Notes: generated from the letters alone by a model not told the origin. Positions 1 to 12,559 are shown, counted from the whole stretch's first letter. The stretch: 61,707 nt of DNA, filler included, from Circinaria calcarea (GCA_051942165.1; 19 parts of 19 records of this genome joined end to end with filler, not necessarily neighbours in it); one strand, 5' to 3'. Numbers and translations are program-made.

Positions 1-1691
1 GATTTGATTATTTGTAGTATCACAACTACCTATGGAGTCAACAGCAAGGTGTCGAAGTTTTCCTGCCTAATCAGGCAAGGCGGGAATAGCTTCAGATGGC
101 GATGCCAAGCGAGCAGGCACGACGTTTTGGTCGGCGCACCCCCGACGAGATCTTTCAGGGTCAACTAGCTAAAGCACCCTGGGATTTTTACGCGAGCTGT
201 GATTTAATTGTGTGAGTGTGGTGTCAAGTCGTGAAAATAGGTCACGAGATCTTCTTTGTCTTCCCCAGGCGCAGACGCGTTCTGGCTTGTTAATCGGTCA
301 CTTGCTGGACGTGCGCCTTTTTGTATGTGGCAGTTTCGGAGCCTTCGAAGGTCGAAGACGGGGAGGGAGCCGAGGTTATTATTAATTCTGGCAGGGCAGG
401 TAAGGCGCGCGAAGGGGAAAAAAGGAAGACGCGCGATCCAGATTCCAGAACAAGTGTCGGTCGGTTGTTCGTAATCACAAGGACGGAGACGGAGAGGAGC
501 GGAGAACCATCGATTTCTGATCAGGGTCGCTACGAGGTATTTATTCAAGACGCATCAACATCCACCATGATTTCGTTTGAGCCGCTCTAGCGTAGAATGC
601 TAAGGCGTGGCCGCGACCTGATTGGCCCAGACGTGCGTGTAGCATCCCTGCTTACGGCCCACGCAGCTTCCCCCCCTATTCTCTCTCGCACCCATTACCA
701 TCCACTGACACGCTGCCGAGCCCTTGCGTCAAGCATCACATCACACAGGAAAAAACCAACTACTCCTCCGTACGCATGTCGTGCCACTACCCTCGATGAG
801 CGCTGCGGATTCTGTCATCTTCAACACGCTGTCCCCGCCAGTGGTGAGATGTGTCCAGTTCGACTCAGCTCCACGCACAGTCCGGTGCCCGAGAAAAGTT
901 CCGCTCAATCCGCGGGAAAAGGAAGCACCAGTCAGCACGAGCGATGCTTTTGGGAGGCGAAATTATTCTACCCACGTCACGCGACCAGCTCGTGGCAAAT
1001 GACTCCAACCAAAAATATTCCACCATCGCCAAGCACTACAAGTTGCTTGCTATACAATAAATCTTTCTGCCAGAGCCGTACGAATAGCATCTGCTGAAGA
1101 GACCTGCCAACATCATGTCAAAGTCGAGTTTGTCAAAACGTAAGAGGCGAAAGAAGAGGATTCCGGGATCGCTTGCCCTTCGATTAGGCTGAAGTATGAA
1201 TGATCCAAGCCGACGCCATACAAAGTCAACCAATAACAGAGGGAAATCCATTACCACGAAGAACAGTACTAGGAAGCCAGTCACTAAAGGTAGTAAGTAG
1301 ATCTAGCAGATGTATATAAAGAAATCTAGATAGTTGCAAGAGTACGGTAACAAACACACGATTAGAATGAGAATACGGATGGCATGCAATTATCCTCGTA
1401 GCCCTTATTCACTATGATCGGAGCTTTGGCTACCTACGGAACACGGGGAAAGTATAGGCCGGCGAAGGTTAAAGGCAGGCTAAAGGCAATTCAGCCCTGC
1501 TCTACTACGCTTCGGGTTTAGCTGATTTTGATATCAGGCTCTAAATCTCGCGAACTTTTTCATACGAAATTTTTGTTCGATTGCTGTGTGTGCGCCCTGA
1601 GGTCTTGGACCGAATAGCACCATGAACCGTGTGGACTAAGGGCCTCTTATGACTAAGAAGAAATAGTCACGTATTGCAAGAAGGAAATACA

Positions 1692-3166
1692 ATGGTGAAA
1701 AATTCCTCATCCCACCGGCCCGCCTCCTATGTATCTTCTGCTGCAGCTCCAGCAACATCTCTGTCGACCCGCAATAGCAATAGTAATAAATCCTCAATCC
1801 TCCGTTCCGCCTTCGCACCTACTCGCTTTCAACTCTCTCTTTTCGCATCTGTCATATACGGGCTAGACTCACAGCATCTACGCATTCATGACACGAACAC
1901 TGGTCGGAAAAAATGCGAGCATGCACTCGGCACAAGAGCGTCTATCAGCTGTCTCGACTGGGGTCACTATAGTACAAAAGATCGATCTTTTTTAGACCAG
2001 CCATCGAAAAAGAAGAGAAAAAGGTCTGAAAATATCAATGGTTACGAATCCATCCAAAGCGATGTGGTCCTCGCTTTTGGCACCAGCGAATCCGAGATTC
2101 ATATGTTTTCACCAAATGAAGCAAAGATTGTGGGTACCTTGAAGGGGGCTCATACACAGGGCATCAGAGACTTTCGGTTTGCCGGTAAGGAGGATTCAAG
2201 AGAAGGCTGGAGTTTAGGTGGAGACGGCGTTTTGGTGCAATGGGATTTATGGAAGGGAACTAGCATAAGGTACTTATACCAAGAAAGAGAGACCGGCCAG
2301 CCTGATAATTTTCAACAGAACCCTATCGATACCTACAACGTCCGCAATGACATTACTGCCTTGCGGTCCATGTGTTCTATGCGCCTCACATGCAGTCTAC
2401 CTAATAACTCCAGATCTTCCTGGGGACCCACCAGTCTTCCAAGTATCGAAGACTCCTATACATACCATCATTGCTTTGTCATCGAAGTCGTCGCAGTCTC
2501 CGTCTGCCTTCTTGGCCGGCGCAGAATCCGAACAATTTATGAATGTTTTGAGCGTAACGTCTGGCAACGTCATTGGTTCGCTCGTTGCTGGGAATGAGGT
2601 CGAATCCCTCACATCATATGCGCAAACTGCTGATGAACGACAACATCCGGATGGTACAGATGATGGTAAGGATACCATAGCAGCCGTGACGAAGGATGGG
2701 ATCGTTGAGATATTCCCCTCGCCCTTTGATTTCCAAGATTCCACCGGCACTAAAAATACTGCTAGTTTAAAGTTGAAACGGCAGCACATGGTCCATAAGG
2801 CTGCAGCATCTGTGCGAATTTTGAGGCCAGACAAATCTATCACGCCAGTTCCTATACTGGGTGCGTCATTCGAAGGAAACGATATGATTTTAGTGTGGGT
2901 AGAAGGTGGTGTGCACCTACTCTTCGAGCGGTTCCAATGGAGAAACGAGCAGACCGGCAAACTTGAATTCACAGGACTCAAGGAAATCGTCAAGGCTAAG
3001 AGCACAGCAGGGCTTGGAGCACAGCCTATGAATGGGGTTAAGGTTATCGGGAAAAGTCAGGTTGACGAATCGCACACAGTCGTAACCACTGGTGGAGCGA
3101 CCGAAGGACCCCAAATGGTACGCGCAGCTCCAGAAATCATTGACATCTCGAGCGCGGAGGAGGATA
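1692..3166 (+). CDS. UTP5: WD40 SSU processome (t-UTP) subunit Utp5/WDR43, 3'-truncated; intron 2270-2318
   Basis: Fungal Utp5-type N-terminus (SILRSAFAP..FQLSLFASVI.GLDSQHLRIHDTNTGR...EH...LDWG). Removing the GTACTT...CTGAT...CAG intron joins ORFs 1674-2597 and 2347-3222 in frame. Confidence 0.85.
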
Positions 3167-3266
3167 NNNNNNNNNNNNNNNNNNNNNNNNNNNNNNNNNN
3201 NNNNNNNNNNTTAATTAATTAANNNNNNNNNNNNNNNNNNNNNNNNNNNNNNNNNNNNNNNNNNNN
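3167..3266. other. Artificial contig linker (44 N + TTAATTAATTAA + 44 N), first of 18 copies
   Basis: Identical 100-nt linkers at 3167, 6431, 9693, 12951, 16208, 19465, 22721, 25977, 29231, 32485, 35738, 38987, 42236, 45485, 48733, 51979, 55225 and 58469. The 12-mer puts stop codons in all six frames. Confidence 0.99.
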
Positions 3267-3632
3267 AGGGAGGGAGAAGGGGGAAAGTGGGAAGTCTGCA
3301 TTGGGGTTTCCTGAATGTTCTCGATTTTTCAAGCCCATTACAGTGGCTATCGAGGGATATCTTGGAGAAATAGAGGTGAACCAGATGCTAAAAGAAGTAA
3401 AGTGGGGATATTCAAAGGGCCAAAGGAGTAAGGATCTGGGGACAGTACAGAGAGGGCTTTCTTCTTTAATTTCGCTTTACTTGTTCCCCGATGGTTTTCT
3501 ATTTGTGGGCTTCGTTCTTGATGATAATCCAGCGCCAGCGCCAGCGCCAGAGGCGGCTGCTGTCAATTGTCTACAAGGTATCTTACATGTACATTCCCCA
3601 CATTTGTTCACAGATGATGCACCATCACCCAT

Positions 3633-6430
3633 TCACCTACTCACCATCTCCCCCAGCAACCCGCCACCATCCCCCTCCCTCTTCGTCTCCACATTCCGAT
3701 ACCTGTCCCCGCCATCCAAGCCCTTCTCCGCCCTTGCGTAAGCTGCCTCGCTCCGATCCGTCAAGACCGCTAAATCCTCATCGCTGAGGATGCCCTCCGC
3801 TCCCTCGGCCGTCTCGTAGCGTTCGAAGTCGTCTTCCTCAAGGATACGCGCGAGTTCGGCCATTTCATCGGCGCCGCCACCTTTGTTGGTGTTGGGGTTC
3901 AGGAGACTCCGGAATTTCCCCCTTTGGACAACGAGTTTCTCGAGACGGCGTTTGCCGTCTGCTTTTTCGAGTAAGGTCTGCTCGACTGTGCCTTTAGTCG
4001 CGAGCCGGTAGACGATGACGGGGCGGGTCTGGCCGATGCGATGCGCGCGGTCTTGGGCTTGCAGGTCTTGCTGCGGGTTCCAGTCGCTGTCGAAGAGGAC
4101 GACGGTGTCCGCCTTTGCAAGGTTAATTCCTTGACCGCCGGCGCGGGTGCTGAGGAGGAATAGTTTACAGGAGTCTTTGGTATTGAAATTGGTAATCATC
4201 TGCCTGCGATCGTCTTGTTTCACAGCTCCGTCGATGCGGCAGCATTCCCAGTCGTGCAGCAGCGTGGCCCAGTCTTCGAGGATGTCAAGCTGAGTTTTGA
4301 ATTGCGAGAAGATGAGGACTTTGTGATTGCGAGCGAAGAGGTAGGGAACAAGGCGCTCGAGGAGGAGCATTTTTCCGGAGGAGGTGATGAGGGTAGAGTC
4401 CGGGGGTTCGTCGGGGCCCCAGGGCCAGTAGAAGTGGTGAGGGCTGTTGCAGGCGAGGCGGAGTTGCATGATGGGGTTTTGGAGTTTCTTCTGGGCGATT
4501 TCTTTTTCTGGATGAAAAGGGTTGTTAGTGGATGGAGTTGTTTAGGGTAGGTTTCTTGTTTATGCCTACTAGCGAGGGCTATTGTCTTGGCGCGCATGGC
4601 CTCTTCATCACCTTCTTCGTCATCTAGATCCTTTCCCACGTAATGATTGTTGAGCTTTTTCAAGAACTCGTCATCACTCACTTCATCATCACTCGCTTCC
4701 TCATAGTTCTGACTCTTTCGACCTTTTCGTCCAGAACGTATACTGCTTGCCGGAGTTGATGCCCTACTGGATTTGCTACTTTTATTTGGCGTAGCAAGTC
4801 CATTATCTGATTTACGCTTGAGGCTTACACTTCGGCTGCTCCTTGGCGAGTCCTTGGCTTTTTCCAGCATACGATCTACAACCTTTTGCTCCAGGTAAGC
4901 ACGGCTATTCCCTTCGAGGATCTGTTTGTACAGTTCTTTCTGCAGTGCTGTCAAGGGCGCGTAAAGGATATATTCACGCTTTTTTGGCAGATCAGTCTCC
5001 ACATCCGTCTTCACGCGGCGAAGTAAGAATGGTTTGAGGATCGCGTGGAGAGACGCAACGAGTTGGTTCTTGCGTTCTTGCATGAGGATTTCCTTGTGCC
5101 CGTCTTTCTCGAGGACGGCAGAGAAGTCGAAGAAGCTTTCAAAGTTATCTAGTGTGTCGAAGACTTCGGGCATGAGGAAGTTTAGGAGTGACCAGAGTTC
5201 GGCAAGATTGTTTTGAAGGGGAGTTCCGGTGATGAGGAGTCGATTTGCAGACTTGTACTGCTTGAGTTCCTTGATGAGTCTACAGTTGAGATTCTTCAAC
5301 CGGTGGCCCTCGTCCTTCTCATGTCAGATTATGTTTCTGCCCTGAGTGAAGGGGAAATACCTACGATAATAATGAATTTCCAGTCGTACCGAGATAGGAA
5401 TTTCTGATCATTCATGCAAATCTCATATGATGTACATATCACCGGGAAGTTCTCGTCCTTCTCATTCTTCATCTTATCATGTCGAAGAGCTGCCCGCTCA
5501 GCCGGGGTGCCGTGATACAGCAGCTTAGGAATGCTCGGGGTCCATTTGCTAAACTCGTCGACCCAGTTACTCAGTGTACTCAAGGGTGCTACAACTAAGA
5601 ATGGTCCTGTCGTGCCCTTTTCTCGGAGGAAAGCTAGGAACGCAATGGTCTGGATGGTCTTCCCGAGACCCATTTCGTCTGCAAGGATGCCATTGAGTCC
5701 GTTTTCATACAGAGACGCAAGCCAGTAAAGGCCCTCCAACTGATAGCTACGCATTACACCTCCAGTGACCGCCTTAGGTTGGTTTGTAGAACGGAGGTCC
5801 TGGGTACCTAACGCGGTAGGTTTTGCACTCTGCTCTTCCGCAGCTTCTCCAATGGCTTCTGTGACCGATTTCCCGCCCGATCTAGCCTCTAGATCTTCCT
5901 GTTTGAAAAACGTGGCGATTGATCCATTTGCAGCTACCTTTTTCTTGTTTCGCGTAGGAAGCTTTGTAGTTCTATTGGAAGACTTCTTCGCCGGCATTTT
6001 GCTCTCCTCATTCTCTTCTGCTAAACCTGCGACAGCACGTGTGGTTCTCCGTTGTGAGGTGACTGCAGCCTCTTCGGTCTGAGCTTCTTTCTTTGCAATC
6101 CGTTTCTTCTCCGTCTCGTCTGCTTTTTGCGATTGTAGCTCTTGCTTTCTCATTCTCTCTTGCATAATACTCGCATATATCTAATGCCCATCCTCGTCAG
6201 CTCGATCTTCTTCAAAGTGCTTTGGCCATGCCATTCGCATCTTTCAAGTTAATTAGATGGTAAGTACACACCGTGCTCTTCTCCAGCAAATAATGCAATT
6301 TCTTAAACTGCCCATTGTATTTTTCCTCCCCAGCAGTCGCCCATTCCTTCTGCGCGCGTTCCCTCTGCTTACTCTCTTCCTCGCTCCTCACTTTCTGCGC
6401 TTTCTCCTCTTCAAGCCGCATCGACTCCGA
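3633..6430 (-). CDS. pasG: SNF2-family chromatin remodeller of the LSH/HELLS/DDM1 subfamily (PasG/Irc5), 5'-truncated; introns 6181-6271, 5315-5364, 4508-4569
   Basis: Motifs NGILADEMGLGKT, DEGH (restored by splicing), TGTPLQNNL, LRLACNSPH and FDSDWNPQQDLQAQDRAHRIGQ. All three GT-AG introns join the ORF pieces in frame. Confidence 0.92.
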
Positions 6431-6737
6431 NNNNNNNNNNNNNNNNNNNNNNNNNNNNNNNNNNNNNNNNNNNNTTAATTAATTAANNNNNNNNNNNNNN
6501 NNNNNNNNNNNNNNNNNNNNNNNNNNNNNNTCTTTTTGGCCGGGGCTCGATGCGCCCCAAATCCCTCCAGAAGTCTCCTCCCTTATGTTTGTTCTCCTCG
6601 CCCCTCGCTTTTTCCGTTTTTCTTGTCGTCCTCGTTTCCGTTTCTCCTTCTCTTGTTAATCTCCATCTTTCCCCTTCTCTTTATACCCGTCCCGTGTCTC
6701 TTGACACGTCAAACAACGCGATCCTTGAGATCTGCCC

Positions 6738-7985
6738 ATGCAGCTCGCTTACCTTCCTCTGCTCCTCGTGAGCTGTGCCGTAGCGACTCCAATTTTGAAC
6801 CTTCCTTCTATACTCGCTGGTTTCACCAATGCGAAAATCAGTAAATCTGCCGGGGGAGAAGCTACATGTGTCTCCGGTGTGATTCCAATCACTGCTACCG
6901 CCAGGAACACAAAACTTTTACTCCCCGAGCCCGCAGATCAGAACGCCGCTACGCAAATCTTTCAGGATCTGACCCAGATTGGCTCTACTCTGCTGGTAAC
7001 TACTAATGGTGGGCCTGTTACCGTGACCGGTACATATAAAATCAACGCGAGGCTGTGCTATCCTACGAACCCTACCGCTCAAGCTAAGGTCCACACCCTT
7101 CAGCTCTTGACGCATGGCGTTGGACTGGATATCACATATTGGGATATCGCTCCTGGGAACAGCTATGTTGATACTGCTGTTGCCGCTGGTTACGCCACTC
7201 TGGCGTATGATCGTCTTGGCGTTGGAGCCTCCGACCATCCTGACCCTATACAAGTGGTTCAGTCGTATACCGATGTCGAAATCGAACATGGACTTATCCA
7301 GATAGTGCGTGCAGGATTGTTTGGGGCGGCAGCATTCAAAAATGTAGTAGGAGTCGGCCATTCATACGGCTCGGTTATTCAAGTTGGAGTTACATCGAAA
7401 TACCCAAAGGACCTGGACGCCGTGATCTTAACGGGAATGTCGGATACACTGATTTATCTCGGCTCGACCATTTTGGCGAATAATCCGGCTATTGCCCGCC
7501 TCAACAAACCAACAGAGTTTAGTAGTCTTTCCAATGGATACTTAGTTCACGATACGCCCATTTCCGTCCAGCTGCCTTTTTTCAGATACCCAAATTTTGA
7601 TATCAACAGTATGTTTCCCCTTTTTCCTATCCTTAGAACGTCTTCCGCTACTTACACCTTTATAGTATTTAACGCCCAATACGCTGCAAAGCAGTCATAT
7701 ACCCTGGGTCAAATCTTTAGTATTGGAGGCGTCATGACACCCGCCCCAAGCTTCACCGGCCCAATTGATGTCGTTCTCGGTCAGAACGACTTCCCCTTTT
7801 GCATGGGTGACTGCGTTGCTCCTGTCAATCGAGCGACTGCAGTCAAGTCGGCCTTTTATCCGGCTGCCGGTGCAGGGTCACAAAGCTACATTGTTCCGAA
7901 TACCGGCCACAATATCAATGCCCACCTCACCGCGGGACAAGCATTCACGCAAATGATCAAATTCTTGCAGGCAAATAATTTATAA
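6738..7985 (+). CDS. Secreted alpha/beta-fold hydrolase; probable in-frame intron 7609-7665
   Basis: Signal peptide MQLAYLPLLLVSCAVA, oxyanion-region HG, YDRLGVGAS, nucleophile elbow GHSYG and a C-terminal catalytic His (TGHNIN). Confidence 0.85.
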   Translation: MQLAYLPLLLVSCAVATPILNLPSILAGFTNAKISKSAGGEATCVSGVIPITATARNTKLLLPEPADQNAATQIFQDLTQIGSTLLVTTNGGPVTVTGTYKINARLCYPTNPTAQAKVHTLQLLTHGVGLDITYWDIAPGNSYVDTAVAAGYATLAYDRLGVGASDHPDPIQVVQSYTDVEIEHGLIQIVRAGLFGAAAFKNVVGVGHSYGSVIQVGVTSKYPKDLDAVILTGMSDTLIYLGSTILANNPAIARLNKPTEFSSLSNGYLVHDTPISVQLPFFRYPNFDINSMFPLFPILRTSSATYTFIVFNAQYAAKQSYTLGQIFSIGGVMTPAPSFTGPIDVVLGQNDFPFCMGDCVAPVNRATAVKSAFYPAAGAGSQSYIVPNTGHNINAHLTAGQAFTQMIKFLQANNL

Positions 7986-9368
7986 TTGGCAGAATAGAGT
8001 TACCTAGGTCGGCAACTATAGTGAGTTTATTTGAAAAATATAGGTTTAATTTGGGGTTATACACATTTGTTAGTGCTTATCGATGGTGTTGTTTCGTTGG
8101 AATGCTTTTCGATATATTCAATAACTATAGGATTCCCATTATAGTAATAGTTATTAATAATCTCGCAAAAATAACATCGCCCCCGAGTTTATGGTGTACT
8201 ACTATTTTGCAGAGAATTGCGCCCCTCGCGGTAAGTTCCAAGTTATTCAAAGAAGTTCAAGGCTTTCTACATGCAATTACGCAGACCTACGGATGGTCGG
8301 ATGTTTTCCACACTGCGTGATATATGTGCTGGCAACGCATGCTGCGGGGATCAGACCGGGGAGATATGCACCGCTTCAGCCCCTCTGCGCATATATGGGG
8401 CGAAGCCGGTTACAGAGCATCCAATCGAATATACTTGGTGTGCAAGAGCTCTCTCAAATCCCTAGCCTAAATTGCATCAATCTCCGAGGTGGGGGGGTTG
8501 ATAATTGAGATGAGTGTGCCCTCATGCAGTCATACGCTATCAAACTGTGCCTCATGAGGGATTTAATCCCTCATGACAGGCATAACAGCTGGGCTATAGA
8601 CAAGGCATGCGGTGTAACCTTTTTGTGATTCATTAACCTTTCGCAAAGTTAGCGTCCTATTGTTCTGTAGCGTCATGCGGGCGAACAGAATACCACAGAA
8701 TCCCGCTACCGGCGGCTTGCGGGGGGGATTTTCTAGGATGTCGAGGTGCGGCTAAAATCGCCGGTGGGATGGCACGCGGATGATCAGAAATGACAGATCA
8801 TTGCCGCCAACCGTAGGCTCTAGCCTTATTATCGCCCCTTAACTATAGGGCGCTTCCCGGGCGGGTTGCAACCACTAGCTGCGGTCGGTAAATTATGGTG
8901 GCCCACTTTTTCTGTCACCCGCGTGTGGATCGGGCTTTTTATGATTATAGCGATAGGGTGGCATGGGTGGGGATAGACACCTGATCACCGATCCCTTTTG
9001 CGGGTAACTATTACCGCGTATGCATCCTCGGGGATAACGACACCGTTTTCGCAATCTTTCCCATTGTAAATTATCGAGGATGGAGACACCGTTGATTTCC
9101 AATCTTACAAACCACAGAGGTATTGTTTCGGGGATCCAGAGCTCCTCTGTACTTTTCAAATCAAAATCGTCATCTTTTTCCCCATCCCCAAAAAGATATT
9201 ATATCTCCCCCCTTTTCTTATTCAAGTGGCATATCTGAGCTTCATCCCACTATTTCTACTCCTCTGTGTGAGTTTCGTTCTCACATGCCACTATGATCAG
9301 TCTCCCGACCGGGAAAACAGCTCCCCCGCCTTAAACAAATTTCTCCCGGAGTCTATCAACGCCCAATA

Positions 9369-9579
9369 ATGTGGCCGCCTCCCCGTTTTCTCTCGCGGCC
9401 CCGCTACGAATTGTTGGAGAACGGCCAGAAGACGCCCGAGGGCAGAGCGAAAACCGGTCATTCGCCGTATGCCGTCTTCGCCTTTCGGCTCTTCATTCTT
9501 GCCCTGGTCGCGCTGCTCGCGTTTGCGGGGGGGAGACATTCGGTGGAGAGAAAGCAGGGGATGACCGGCGGTATCGAGT
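9369..9579 (+). CDS. First exon of a membrane-anchored protein (possibly UstYa/DUF3328-like), truncated by the contig end
   Basis: ATG, a short basic N-terminus and one hydrophobic helix (FRLFILALVALLAFAGG), followed by a GTACGT donor at 9580. The family call rests on architecture only. Confidence 0.35.
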
Positions 9580-9792
9580 GTACGTAGGGGAAGGGGGCTT
9601 CTTTTTCAATCTCCCCTTCTCCCACTCTGCCCTAACCTTTCCACCCGTCTTTTTCCCCTCGTCTCTCTTCCCTCTCCCCGACTCTTCGGCAANNNNNNNN
9701 NNNNNNNNNNNNNNNNNNNNNNNNNNNNNNNNNNNNTTAATTAATTAANNNNNNNNNNNNNNNNNNNNNNNNNNNNNNNNNNNNNNNNNNNN

Positions 9793-10144
9793 ATTGACCA
9801 GACCGAGGACATCTTCGTCCTCTCTCATCTCAATGATTGCTTGTAGACGCTCATGGATGAGACGGTAATCATAGTATTTGCTGGTTGCATTCTGACGCCA
9901 GATATCTGTCCCAAGCAGCTCATCCAGCTGATAAGCAGCTTCCTCCCATTCCTCGAATGTTGAGGCTTCAGCCAGAGCATCCAGGAGAGCGTCGCGCGGT
10001 TTCTTTTTGGTGATCCAACCATAGGCTTTCTAGCAACACGCAAACATAGTCAGCCATCATCATCCCCCGAATCCATAAACGTAGACGAACATTCTGCCAG
10101 AAGCCGCCTACTTCAGTGACTACACCCCATACCGACGATAGCAT
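9793..10144 (-). CDS. TGL3: Patatin-like triacylglycerol lipase (Tgl3/4 family) N-terminus, 3'-truncated; exons 10144-10091 and 10029-9793
   Basis: Not in the ORF track. Manual splicing gives MLSSVWGVVTEVGGFWQN|KAYGWITKKKPRDALLDALAEASTFEEWEEAAYQLDELLGTDIWRQNATSKYYDYRLIHERL, matching the N-terminal (DUF3336-type) motif of these lipases. Confidence 0.8.
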
Positions 10145-11087
10145 TACTTCCAGTAATGCTGCGCACGCAGCAAACCGGATAGCTACATGGCAATGACGAC
10201 TAAATACGTATAAGGTTTGCGGTCAAGTAGTTCCTAAATTGTCACATGCAAATGAAGACCCCTTTAGCGATCAACAGAGACAGAAATCCATTCAACGTTC
10301 CCTTCATCTCAACACATCCTTCCACCGCAAATTGCCTTCTCTCTAGCAACAGCTTATCCGGCATCAAACTAGAGCACTCATTATAGTCTCTTGGATCAGA
10401 TGGATCAGCTTGACGGGATATCTGCCGAGGATGTGGAGAAAGGCGGTGTGACCTATTTCCTAAACCGAATATGTGTAGCTTTATTTCAGCTTGTCACATA
10501 CGGTTCCGGTCGATAGCTTTAGTAAGGTGGAGAAGCAATCTGGTCTACTTCAACCGGTTCTGCTAAGTGTAATGCTACTTGAACTTCTTGCTAAAGCTAC
10601 TAACGCTACGAGAGCTGATACCAACGTGTTCACGCCTTGAAATTCAGAAAAAAGACCAGCTTACTAGCCATTACAATAAAAAGGCCGGACAAACATTGCT
10701 AAGATACTGTTGTTGGGTGTCGGTTACTCCGTTCGTGCCGTGAAAGGACTCGACCAACCTTACCACGCGAGGCGTATTGGATCGCCAGTTGAACATCAAC
10801 AAAGAAAGGTGCCTCGATTGTTCAAAACCTGACTATAGAAAATCAACAAAGATTTAGACTGAAGTAGAGAAACTCCTCCAAGAACAAAACAATCAATACC
10901 TCTTTGTCTCCCATGAACAAAAGCCATTGTACTCACCTCGAAATATAAGCAACCCCTTGGCACCTTCTCCCCTCCCATTCAGTCCAACTCATCAATTACA
11001 CACAACCAAAAACCACCCTCAAACCAAAACTAAACCAAGCAGACTCCTAGGTAAGCCAACTCCGCAAAACCCCAAGCCGACACAGAA

Positions 11088-11315
11088 ATGTGCCAGTCAA
11101 CAGTCTACCTCTACCGCTGCGGCTGCGGCTTCCAAGTCCGCCCCAACTACACCTGCGAGAACGCGAAACGCCGCCAGCCGTGCCATGTTGACCGCCCGAG
11201 GGTCACGTTGGACTTTGACTGCGAGGAGCACAACCGGGCCCACCGGGATGCGTTCCTGGGTGAGCGGTTGAGTAAAGCAGCGAACGAGTTTCGCGAGATG
11301 CAGAGGAGAAGGTGA
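11088..11315 (+). CDS. Small Cys-rich, non-secreted hypothetical protein (MC...Y.CG-type)
   Basis: 75 aa with an MCxxxxxxYxCGC...C...C...C pattern, GC-rich codons and a C/A-rich leader typical of fungal 5' UTRs. GTGAGT overlapping the stop codon could be an intron donor. Confidence 0.55.
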   Translation: MCQSTVYLYRCGCGFQVRPNYTCENAKRRQPCHVDRPRVTLDFDCEEHNRAHRDAFLGERLSKAANEFREMQRRR

Positions 11316-12559
11316 GTTTCATTTTCCTTTGTCTTCCTTTGCGGTGCGTTAGTGGAGTAATGTTTGCAATATAAAGTATCTGCTGTTTTGATTCCAAAGT
11401 TTTCTTGCTACCCTCTACTGCATACTCTCTCTGGCGTAAAATGAGCATGCCGAGGGTCTCGATTACAGAGCAAGTACTGGATGTATGGCATTGCTCTGAT
11501 TCCTGCCCCTAGCGTATTCTATAAAATGGACGTAGTGAAAAGTAATGAAATTTCAAACGAACACCGCGAATTTTCTACAGTATTGCCCGAATGAATAACA
11601 ACAGGTTTGCTTTCGGAAATGACATTGTGTAATGCCATTTATCAGCGACTTCGTCAGCATCTGACGCGGCAGAGTAGTCCTAGAGAGAACCAGGATGCGC
11701 CGACTACGGAAGAACAGTGGTGACAGGCGGAGGAACAAGATGTCCGAAAGATGCAAACGGTTGGATATATCTCCTAGAAGCTTCAAGATGCCATGACTTG
11801 ATCAAGGGAATTTTAGAGGTGTTGCCGTTCTGCCAGGACCTTGTTGAGACCCGGCCCCCAGAGCAACAGTTTAGTTTTTCAACCCAAATTGATAATTCTC
11901 TCCTATCGACCTTCATATAATATGTATACCCCCCCCCCTACGAGCAAATTACACAGCCCTAAACGCCCCCCAGCTATTTCAAAAGACCAATCCTTTTTTT
12001 CGATGCAACCGAGAGCGGAAGCCCGCCTCCAAAAAGGTGATTTTAGGCCCCAAAATAAAAAGAATTGTTCTCACGCCAAGAGAGAGATATATAAAACACC
12101 GAGACTGATCCGCCGGATGCCAGCCTCTATGCCTACCGACCCCCGTTGGTTCTAAATCCGGTAGAGTTCACTCTGGAGGAGCGGGGTTTTCTAACTCCGC
12201 AGGTACGATTTTGTGGATTTCCGAGATTGTATGTAAATTAGGTCTCGGGGGTCTAATCCTTGTGTGAGGTGCTGGAATTTGGCAAATAACCAAGGAGAGC
12301 TCCGTTCCTTCTATTTGGTGACTTTTAACGGCTTGAGGAGCATGGGCGGTAAGGGTAGAGAGTGCGTGGTAGGAATCGAGTGGGGGACTAGAGATGGAGT
12401 TGTAGGATACATGGGCAATGGGCGAGCGAGGAAGTTTGCCGAGCCTTAGGCGTGCACCACACTTGCAAACAAGGTAAGGCTGTGAACTTCCTGGCCGAGG
12501 GCCACACTACTATCTCATACTCTCTCTGCACAAACAGCCACAACCTTTCCCCTCCGCAC

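Noticed and set aside
204..1284. Cluster of short overlapping ORFs upstream of UTP5
   Set aside because: No recognisable motif or consistent codon bias. It looks like promoter or UTR sequence.
3211..3222. Regularly spaced TTAATTAATTAA repeats resembling an array or CRISPR
   Set aside because: Synthetic six-frame stop linker embedded in N runs.
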